Assembly (NCBI GenBank): GCA_032249575.1
Contig: JAVVHL010000012.1
Coordinates: forward strand, 1-18,760
Direction of reading: 5' to 3'
DNA: 18,760 nucleotides
Source of the DNA: Candidatus Calditenuis sp.
GTDB taxonomy: Archaea; Thermoproteota; Nitrososphaeria_A; Caldarchaeales; Calditenuaceae
The notes under the pieces were generated by a model, which saw only the letters and a list, made by a program, of their open reading frames with translations, ran no database searches and had not been told where the DNA came from. Within the stretch, counting starts at the first letter, position 1. Each line of letters begins with the position of its first letter. Both the position numbers and the translations under genes were made by a program. Of this stretch, positions 7,389 through 13,761 are shown one piece after another.

Positions 7389-8042
7389 ATGGAGGCGAAG
7401 GTGCTGAGGGCAGACGACAAGTCGATTGAGATCGAGCTGAGGGGCTTTCCGCTCTCGATGGCGAACGCCCTGAGGAGGCACCTGATCAACGAGGTCCCGA
7501 CCATGGCGGTGGAGGAGGTGATGGTGATCGAGAACACATCGTCGGTCTACAACGAGGTCCTCGCCCACAGGATATCCCTCATACCCTTCAGGACCGATCT
7601 CGACCACTTCGTCCTTCCCGAGGAGTGCGACTGCGGCAACAGGCTCGGATGCGAGAGGTGCGTCGTCAGGTTCTCCCTCAGGGCCAGGGCCGTCTCCGAG
7701 GTCGTCACGGTCTACTCGAGGGAGATGGTGAGGGAGACGGGGACAGAGGTGGTCGAACCGGTCAGCGGCGACTTCCCGATCGTGAAGCTCGCGCCAGGGC
7801 AGACGATCGAGCTGGAGCTATACGTAAGGCTCGGAACCGGGAAGAAGCACGCCAAGTGGATACCGGGCATAGCGACCCTCTACGACGGCCCAGACGGCTC
7901 AAGGATTCTCTACTTCGAGTCCTTCGGCTTCCTGCCACCTGCGAGGGCCGTCCTCGAGGCGGCGAAGATATTTGAGAAGAGGACCGGAGAGCTGGAGAAG
8001 GTGCTGCTGGAGGCGATAGGTGATGTCGGGAAGGAAGCCTGA
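7389..8042 (+). CDS. rpoD: DNA-directed RNA polymerase subunit D (Rpo3)
   Basis: MEAKVLRADDKSIEIELRGFPLSMANALRRHLINEVPTMAVEEVMVIENTSSVYNEVLAHRISLIPF is the canonical RpoD/RPB3 N-terminus. The ORF is open from 7317, but that extension overlaps the PDO gene and is non-homologous. ATG 7389 was chosen. A Cys cluster CDCGNRLGCERC is present. Confidence 0.88.
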   Translation: MEAKVLRADDKSIEIELRGFPLSMANALRRHLINEVPTMAVEEVMVIENTSSVYNEVLAHRISLIPFRTDLDHFVLPEECDCGNRLGCERCVVRFSLRARAVSEVVTVYSREMVRETGTEVVEPVSGDFPIVKLAPGQTIELELYVRLGTGKKHAKWIPGIATLYDGPDGSRILYFESFGFLPPARAVLEAAKIFEKRTGELEKVLLEAIGDVGKEA

Positions 8043-8388
8043 GCCTACGAGGTACGAGCAATTGGTCAGGGCCGTCAGCAGGCTGGCGGAGGAGAGCCCG
8101 TTCTGGGAGAGGGTGCTGGAGGAGCTGAAGAGGAGCAAGAGGCGGAGGAGGGTCGTCAACGTCGAGAAGCTCAACAGGGTGACGAAGCCCAACGAGCGCG
8201 TCCTCGTCCTTGGAAAGCTCCTGGGCACTGGCAAGCTGAGGCACCCGCTGACGGTGATCGCCTTCGACTTCTCGGAGTCCTCCTACAGGAAGGTGGCTGA
8301 GGCAGGGGGAAAGCCGATGTACCTTGACCAATTTATTACGTCCGGAGGAGGCAAGCCGGACGTCTCGGGGATCAGGCTGATAGGGTGA
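8020..8388 (+). CDS. rpl18e: 50S ribosomal protein L18e (eL18)
   Basis: RVVNVEKLNRVTKPNERVLVLGKLLGTGKLRHPLTVIAFDFSESSYRKVAEAGGK matches the L18e pattern. It occupies the conserved position after rpoD. The start is GTG 8020 or ATG 8023, overlapping the rpoD end. Confidence 0.85.
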   Translation: MMSGRKPEPTRYEQLVRAVSRLAEESPFWERVLEELKRSKRRRRVVNVEKLNRVTKPNERVLVLGKLLGTGKLRHPLTVIAFDFSESSYRKVAEAGGKPMYLDQFITSGGGKPDVSGIRLIG

Positions 8389-8864
8389 TGGGAGTGGGCG
8401 AGGAGGAGCTCGTGGTGATCGACGGAACGAACCACCGCCTCGGAAGGCTGGCGTCGAGGGTGGCGAAGATGCTCCTCGAGGGGAAGAGGGTGGTGGTGCT
8501 GAACGCCGAGAAGATCGTGATCACCGGCAGCAAGAGCGCCATACTGGCACGTTACCAGTACCTCTTGGACAGGAAGTGGCTCTCTTCTATTGAGAGGGTA
8601 CAGATCTGGAACCCGAGGAGGCCGGACCGCATCTTCTGGTACACAGTCCGCCGCATGCTTCCGAGGAAGAAGCCGAAGGGGAGGGAGGCCCTCTCGCGGC
8701 TCAGGGTCTACAACGGCGTTCCGGAGGAGTTCGCTGAGGTCAAGCCCATCACCGTCGAGGACGCACTCCACAGGAGCGAGATGAGCCGCTCCGGCAAGCT
8801 GATCAAGTGGATGACGCTCGGGGAGCTCTCAAGGCTGATAGGAGGGAAGGTACAAGCGGAGTAG
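8385..8864 (+). CDS. rpl13: 50S ribosomal protein L13 (uL13)
   Basis: VIDGTNHRLGRLASRVAKMLLEGKRVVVLNAEKIVITGSK...RRMLPRKKPKGREALSRLRVYNGVP is the uL13 signature. The start is GTG 8385 or ATG 8388, overlapping the L18e stop. Confidence 0.9.
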   Translation: MMGVGEEELVVIDGTNHRLGRLASRVAKMLLEGKRVVVLNAEKIVITGSKSAILARYQYLLDRKWLSSIERVQIWNPRRPDRIFWYTVRRMLPRKKPKGREALSRLRVYNGVPEEFAEVKPITVEDALHRSEMSRSGKLIKWMTLGELSRLIGGKVQAE

Positions 8865-8868
8865 GGTC

Positions 8869-9267
8869 ATGCCGTCGCCGGAGAAGAACGCCATCGTCGT
8901 GCTGCTCCGGAAGAGCAGGAGGCACCTGGGGCCTGAGGACGTCGTGGCTGTCCTCGGGGCCATATCGCAGGTCGGTGAGGGGCCGTTCTCGTTAAGGGAG
9001 CTGAGGAAGTATCTGCCAGAAAGGATGGTGAGCAAAAGGAACGTGATGCGGAGCGTCGGAGCCCTCCTCCAGACCCTCGTCTCGCTCGGCTACCTCGAGA
9101 GGTTCAGCGAGCGGAGGTACAGGAAGAGGTACGAGAGCTTCTCGCACTACATGATGTCGCAGGTGATGGAGCTAGCCAACCTCGAGGCCTCGACGGTTCA
9201 GGCCCAGCGTCGGGAGGAGAAGGTCCTGAAGGTCCTCGGCTCGAAGAAGCAGGGCCGCCCGGATTAA
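8869..9267 (+). CDS. Hypothetical protein, probable winged helix-turn-helix
   Basis: The 132-aa ORF starts 5 nt after the L13 stop. The segment FSLRELRKYLPERMVSKRNVMRSVGALLQTLVSLGYLERFSERRYRKRY looks like helix-turn-helix plus wing. It has no recognisable S9 motifs. Codon usage matches its neighbours. Confidence 0.55.
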   Translation: MPSPEKNAIVVLLRKSRRHLGPEDVVAVLGAISQVGEGPFSLRELRKYLPERMVSKRNVMRSVGALLQTLVSLGYLERFSERRYRKRYESFSHYMMSQVMELANLEASTVQAQRREEKVLKVLGSKKQGRPD

Positions 9268-9321
9268 CCGTCCCCTCCCATCAGCTCATCTTTATCCACA
9301 GGCGGAGCATACAAGAGTTGA

Positions 9322-9990
9322 GTGGAATTGGCGTTCGCAGGTCGTCAGAAGCTGGAGGACGTGAGGAGGGTCGTGCTGATGCTGGCCAAGGACCACACGC
9401 GGAAGTCCCTGATGGCTGTGAAGACGTTGGCCCAGATCCTGGAGCAGATAAGGAACGGCGTGAGGGACGAGCAGGCCTTCAACTCCAAGTACGCCGAGAT
9501 ACTGAAGATCGACGACGAGTGCAAGGAACTGAGGCTACAGGCTGAGAGGAAGGTGCTGGAGGCGGGGGCCCTCCTCGCCGAGAGGGGCGAGTACATCAGG
9601 TTCCTCGGTTGCATCGACCGAATACCCGACAGGATAGAGGGAGCTGCCTACAGGCTCCTGGCCCTCACCAAGATCTCGTACCCCTCGGAGAGGGTTGCAG
9701 GCGCGATCCAGGAGATTCTCGAACACATGAGGGACTCGGTCGAGTCGCTGAACAGGGCCATAACAGCCCTCGAGATGGACTCGGCCCAGGGCCACAAGCT
9801 GCTGAAGGAGGTCTCCGAGAAGGAGCAGGAGACCGACGAGGTCTTCAGGCGGGTGACTGTGGACCTGCTGAGGACCGAGGTCCCGCTGCCTCAGCTCCTC
9901 CTCTCCAGAGAGATCATCGACATGCTCGAATCGGTCGCAGATACGGCGGAGGAGGCTGCCAACGTGCTGGCCGTCCTCTATCCAGCGTGA
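9322..9990 (+). CDS. DUF47 / PhoU-like helical-bundle protein
   Basis: The 222-aa all-helical ORF has the DUF47-like layout: central EKEQETDEVFRRVTVDLL and C-terminal REIIDMLESVADTAEEAANVLAVL (E-x-D and D-x-x-E-D/E motifs). GTG start. The assignment is by pattern memory only. Confidence 0.55.
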   Translation: MELAFAGRQKLEDVRRVVLMLAKDHTRKSLMAVKTLAQILEQIRNGVRDEQAFNSKYAEILKIDDECKELRLQAERKVLEAGALLAERGEYIRFLGCIDRIPDRIEGAAYRLLALTKISYPSERVAGAIQEILEHMRDSVESLNRAITALEMDSAQGHKLLKEVSEKEQETDEVFRRVTVDLLRTEVPLPQLLLSREIIDMLESVADTAEEAANVLAVLYPA

Positions 9991-9994
9991 GCCC

Positions 9995-10561
9995 TTGTCG
10001 GAGACGCCCGCCGGCCCCCGGTTCAAGGGCCTGTACGTCGAAGGCAGCGTGGTGGTCCTGGACACCGCGATGGGTAGGGAGCTCTATGCGATGGGCTACT
10101 ACGGGAAGCCGTTAGGCGTTCCGAAGCCTAAGGGCCCAGACTTCGAGGCTCCGCTGGTCCTCGACCTGATAGAGGCCCGTTACCTCGTCGAGAACGGCCT
10201 CCTCGAGGTCTACAAGGAAGGGCAGAGGCTGGAGCTCGGGGAGCTGGTGGAGCTGGGCAGGCAGCACTACGCGAGGTACGACGAGCTCTGCGCCGTCTAC
10301 TCCGACCTCAAGAAGAGGGGCTTTTACGTCACCAGCGGCATCAAGTTCGGATCCGACTTCGCAGCCTACGTCTACGGCCCAGGTATAGACCATGCGCCCT
10401 TCATCGTCCTCGTGAGGAAGGAGGAGGACGTGCTGACAGCCAGCGACGTCGTCAGGGCAGGGAGGCTCTCGAGGTCGGTGAGGAAGAGCTTCTTCATCGC
10501 TGTGCCCGACACGAGCACGGGCCGCGTCAGGTACCTGGCCTTGAACAGGGCCGAGCTCTGA
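9995..10561 (+). CDS. endA: tRNA-splicing (tRNA-intron) endonuclease
   Basis: GSVVVLDTAMGRELYAMGYYGKPL, LDLIEARYLVENGLLEV, YSDLKKRGFYVTSGIKFGSDFAAYVYGPGIDHAPFIVLV and RLSRSVRKSFFIA match EndA catalytic-subunit motifs (Tyr/His/Lys catalytic triad contexts). The TTG start lies 5 nt after the DUF47 stop. Confidence 0.88.
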   Translation: MSETPAGPRFKGLYVEGSVVVLDTAMGRELYAMGYYGKPLGVPKPKGPDFEAPLVLDLIEARYLVENGLLEVYKEGQRLELGELVELGRQHYARYDELCAVYSDLKKRGFYVTSGIKFGSDFAAYVYGPGIDHAPFIVLVRKEEDVLTASDVVRAGRLSRSVRKSFFIAVPDTSTGRVRYLALNRAEL

Positions 10562-10654
10562 GAGGCCTACACGTATACCGATGTATTTCTCGGGTATTGG
10601 TGCGACTTCAAGCGCGTTGCAGGGATTTACGCGAGAACCCCAACTCCGAACGGA

Positions 10655-11056
10655 ATGGCCGACTTCTCGGTGAGCGTGAGGAGGGGCGAGATAGAAGTGA
10701 CGGTCCATGCAGGATCGGTCGAAGAGGCCGTAGCTTCGCTCGGCGATCTGAAGAGGGTCCTCGAGGCCGCAGAGGCAGAGCTGAGGCCGAAGGCCCCTGA
10801 AGCCGTCGCAACATCCTTCAAGAGGAGGGGGAGGTCAGAGGCGGTCATCGCACAGGAGGTCATCGAGTCCCACCTGCTGCCTTCAGGGTACTTCAGCGCT
10901 CCCAGGTCGACGGCAGAGGTTAGGGATGAGATACAGCGCGTCACAGGACTGAGGCTCCAGAGCCGGAAGGTCAGCCAGGCCCTCGGTAACCTCTACAGGA
11001 AGGGGCTACTGAGGAGGATCGGGTCCAGGGGCGATTACCGGTACGTCGCAGTCTGA
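10655..11056 (+). CDS. Hypothetical protein with C-terminal winged helix-turn-helix
   Basis: The 133-aa ORF has a small N-terminal beta/alpha unit (FSVSVRRGEIEVTVHAGSVEEAVASLGDLKRVLE) and a basic linker. Then comes STAEVRDEIQRVTGLRLQSRKVSQALGNLYRKGLLRRIGSRGDYRYVAV, which looks like HTH plus wing. Confidence 0.55.
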   Translation: MADFSVSVRRGEIEVTVHAGSVEEAVASLGDLKRVLEAAEAELRPKAPEAVATSFKRRGRSEAVIAQEVIESHLLPSGYFSAPRSTAEVRDEIQRVTGLRLQSRKVSQALGNLYRKGLLRRIGSRGDYRYVAV

Positions 11057-11122
11057 TCGGGCTATTGCGCCTTTTGACTCAGCCGAGATCCCTTTAACGG
11101 AGCCGATACGCCTACACGTGGA

Positions 11123-11923
11123 ATGTCGCTGCTGCTGAAGAAGAAGGGGTTCCCGAAGGAGGGGGAGCTGGTGGTGGCGACGGTCAAGGAGACGTTCAAG
11201 CACGGAGCTGTCGTGACGCTCGACGAGTACGGCGACCTCGAGGCCTTCGTCCACATCTCGGAGGTCTCTCTGAAGTGGGTCAGGAACATCTCCGACTACC
11301 TCAGGGTGGGGCACAAGACGGTCCTCAAGGTGATCAGGAGCGACCCCGAGAAGATGCAGGTCGACGCCAGCCTCCGGAGGGTCTCGAAGAAGGAGCAGGC
11401 TGAGAAGATGATGGAGTGGAGCAAGAGGGTGAAGGTCTCGAAGATGCTGGAGGCCGTGATGAAGGAGACGGGGACGCCGCTCGAGGTCGTGGTCAACGGT
11501 CTGATCGAACCGGCGCTCGAGAGGGGGAGGGAGGTACACGAGTTGCTGGAGGAGGTCGCCTCGGGTGAGGAGCTTCCCGATTGGGTGAAGCTTCCACCCG
11601 AGTTCGCCGAGAGGCTGGTGGAGAGGGCCCGGAGGGAGCTGAAGAGGCCGACTTACGTCGTGAAGGCTGTGGTCAAGATGACGTCCCGCTACGGAGGCGT
11701 CGAGAGGCTCAGGAAGGCCGCAGAGGAGGGGATGGCGGTGGCCGACGGACAGGTCAGGATCACCTTGATCGGTTCGCCGAGGTACCTGATCAGGGTCGAG
11801 GCCTACGAAAAGGAGAGGACTGAGGCGCTCCTCTCGGAAGTCATCGAGCGGATGAAGTCCGTCCTCTCAGGACCCGGTGACGAGCTGAAGGTCCTCGAGG
11901 GATCGGGGAGTGAGAAAGGATGA
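11123..11923 (+). CDS. eif2a: Translation initiation factor aIF2 alpha subunit
   Basis: An S1 domain at the N-terminus (FPKEGELVVATVKETFKHGAVVTLDEYGDLEAFVHISEVSLKWVRNISDYLRVGHKTVLKVIRSDPEKMQVDASLRRV), followed by helical and alpha/beta C-terminal domains of the expected length (266 aa). Confidence 0.9.
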   Translation: MSLLLKKKGFPKEGELVVATVKETFKHGAVVTLDEYGDLEAFVHISEVSLKWVRNISDYLRVGHKTVLKVIRSDPEKMQVDASLRRVSKKEQAEKMMEWSKRVKVSKMLEAVMKETGTPLEVVVNGLIEPALERGREVHELLEEVASGEELPDWVKLPPEFAERLVERARRELKRPTYVVKAVVKMTSRYGGVERLRKAAEEGMAVADGQVRITLIGSPRYLIRVEAYEKERTEALLSEVIERMKSVLSGPGDELKVLEGSGSEKG

Positions 11924-12108
11924 GCCTGCTGAGGAAGTGCGTCTCCTGCGGACGGTACACGCTCAAGGAGTCCTGTCCTGTCTGCGGCTCTCCCACGAGA
12001 TCCGCCCACCCCCCACCCTTCAGTGAAGGGTCTCCGAGGCTCGAGTTGCTCGTGAAGGCGATCATCGAAGAGCGGAGGAAGCTGAGGACGGAGGGAACGG
12101 CCCCTTGA
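11920..12108 (+). CDS. nop10: H/ACA RNP protein Nop10
   Basis: The 62-aa ORF has the Nop10 zinc ribbon (LRKCVSCGRYTLKESCPVCGSPTRSAHPPPFS). It shows an ATGA overlap with the aIF2alpha stop and the conserved aIF2alpha-nop10 adjacency. Confidence 0.88.
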   Translation: MSLLRKCVSCGRYTLKESCPVCGSPTRSAHPPPFSEGSPRLELLVKAIIEERRKLRTEGTAP

Positions 12109-12671
12109 ACAGCGGCACCGGCTCTGCCATCTGGGTCCTCAACCTCTTCGCCGCCGTGGCATCCCTCAAATCGGTCAGGAGGAAAGGATGGGTGCTGAGG
12201 GGGGTGAAGGACGCGGAGAGCGTCGCTGACCACTCGCTGGCCGTCGCGGTCCTCTCGGCGGCGATCGCGGCCTCCCGCGGCCTCGACCCGGGGAGGGCTG
12301 CGCTGATCGCGGTGCTCCACGACATCGTGGAGTCGGTGACCGGCGACCTGACTCCTGACGAGAAGGCCTCGATGGGTGCGACGAGGTTGAGGGAGGTGGA
12401 GAGGGAGGCCATCGAGAAGGTGATGGACGGTGCTCCGGACGAGGTGAAGCGGGTCTTCCTTCAGTCCCTGCGGGATTACGAGGATGGTTCCTCTCCGGAG
12501 GGCAGGATCGTCAGGGACGTCGACAAGCTCGAGATGGCCCTGCAGGCCCTGCTCTACCGCGACGAGCTCGGCACCTCAGGCGTCGAGGAGTTCGTCTCTT
12601 CTGCTTTGAGCGAGATCAGGGACCCGGAGATCAGGTCGCTCGTCGAGGAGGCGATCGGGTCTGCTCTCTGA
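12105..12671 (+). CDS. HD-domain hydrolase, YfbR/HDDC2-like 5'-nucleotidase family
   Basis: LKSVRRKGWVLRGVKDAESVADHSLAVAVL...LHDIVESVTGDLTP...DVDKLEMALQAL shows the H..HD..D metal ligands in the YfbR-like arrangement. The TTG start overlaps the nop10 stop (TTGA). Confidence 0.8.
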   Translation: MNSGTGSAIWVLNLFAAVASLKSVRRKGWVLRGVKDAESVADHSLAVAVLSAAIAASRGLDPGRAALIAVLHDIVESVTGDLTPDEKASMGATRLREVEREAIEKVMDGAPDEVKRVFLQSLRDYEDGSSPEGRIVRDVDKLEMALQALLYRDELGTSGVEEFVSSALSEIRDPEIRSLVEEAIGSAL

Positions 12672-12765
12672 CCGCGTCAAGTTCTACGTCGAAAGCAAGG
12701 AGTTCCTCGCCAAGTACCCGTTCCATTCCAGGGCGAAGGGCTACGTCGCGCTTGCTGACCTCTCG

Positions 12766-13761
12766 GTGGAGGAGCTTGCGGCGGGAGGCGATGAGCTTCG
12801 CGTTGCCGAGAAGAGGATAATGCAGGCGCTGGAGCGAGGCGAGGAAGTTGGCGCCGTCATGCACTCGGAGGACCCTGACACGAAGACCGTCAACTTTGAC
12901 GTGGAGATCATCAGCTTCCCGCTGGCGGTGATGTTGGCGGCAGCAGTTGGCGACAAGTGGCTCCAGAAGAGGCTCGCCCTTTACGAGTCGAGGAGGGCCG
13001 AGGCCTTCATGAGCGGTGAGGACGACGGAGTCCTCGAGGCCATCTGGACAGACCTCGGCATCAGGGCAGGAAGGTCCGGACCGGATGAGGAGGAGAGGAC
13101 GGGCTTTCCTTACAGGATACACGTCGCCGATTACCTGAGGCTCGTCAAGGGGATCGACGGAGCGGAGTGGAGGCTCGTGAACCGGATCCTCTGGAAGGGC
13201 TGGGTCTACGTCACGAGGAGGGAGCTGATCAGGCTGATCTCTGAGGAGGTCGAGTCGAGGATTCTGAGGAGGCTGGAGGAGGTGAAGGTCGTCAGGGTCC
13301 CAGAGCCGATGAAGGAGACGGTCGAGAGAATAAGGGGGATGCTGGCGACTAGGTTCGCGAGGGCCCTTCCGACTGCTGAGGCTTCAAGGGACGAGACCAG
13401 GTGGCCTCCCTGCATGATCGCGCTGAAGAACGCCCTCCTTTCCGGATCGAAGGTAGGCCACTTCGGCAACTTCGCCTTCGCCTCCTTCCTGCTCTCTTCG
13501 GGATACAGCGTCGAGGAGGTCGTCGCCTTCTACTCGCAGAGGCCTGACTTCAACGAGAGGATAGCGAGGTATCAGGTGGAGCACATCGCAGGGCTGCGAG
13601 GCAGCAGGACGAAGTACTCGGTACCCTCATGCCAGACCATGAGGGCCCACGGCCTCTGCGTCGAGGAAGGAAGGCTCTGCCCTAAGGGCATCAGGAACCC
13701 GAGGCAGTTCCATCGCCTCTCGAGGCGCGGTCTAGCCTCTACCGGAAACCAGGATCAGTGA
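12766..13761 (+). CDS. priL: DNA primase large subunit PriL
   Basis: RWPPCMIALKNALLSGSKVGHFGNFAFASFLLSSGYSVEEVVAFY...ARYQVEHIAGLRGSRTKYSVPSCQTMRAHGLCV gives the Fe-S domain cysteines and conserved PriL motifs. The first canonical start is GTG 12766. PriL-like sequence (DRVKFYVESKEFLAKYPF...) continues in frame upstream to about 12670 with no ATG/GTG/TTG (see findings). Confidence 0.85.
   Translation: MEELAAGGDELRVAEKRIMQALERGEEVGAVMHSEDPDTKTVNFDVEIISFPLAVMLAAAVGDKWLQKRLALYESRRAEAFMSGEDDGVLEAIWTDLGIRAGRSGPDEEERTGFPYRIHVADYLRLVKGIDGAEWRLVNRILWKGWVYVTRRELIRLISEEVESRILRRLEEVKVVRVPEPMKETVERIRGMLATRFARALPTAEASRDETRWPPCMIALKNALLSGSKVGHFGNFAFASFLLSSGYSVEEVVAFYSQRPDFNERIARYQVEHIAGLRGSRTKYSVPSCQTMRAHGLCVEEGRLCPKGIRNPRQFHRLSRRGLASTGNQDQ

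Noticed and set aside
6833-7537. 234-aa minus-strand ORF; likewise 7248..7607, 7762..8331, 8283..8771, 9535..10065, 10112..10708, 11006..11539, 11841..12320, 12631..13122 and 14268..14981
   Set aside because: All are antisense to motif-supported plus-strand genes (PDO, rpoD, L18e, L13, DUF47, endA, aIF2alpha, HD, priL, lysK). All have R/P/L/D/H-biased shadow composition.
8869-9267. Could this be a divergent ribosomal protein S9, given its position after L13?
   Set aside because: It lacks the S9 hallmarks: the GGG...QA.A.R..IARAL core and the basic C-terminal ...RR..Q.SKR ending. The sequence looks like a wHTH instead.
12610-12671. HD-PriL fusion by programmed +1 frameshifting in the zone where both frames are open
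   Set aside because: I see no recognisable slippery or shifty motif or stimulatory structure there. Simple non-canonical (CTG) or downstream (GTG 12766) initiation is more parsimonious. It is kept only as a minor alternative in the PriL finding.
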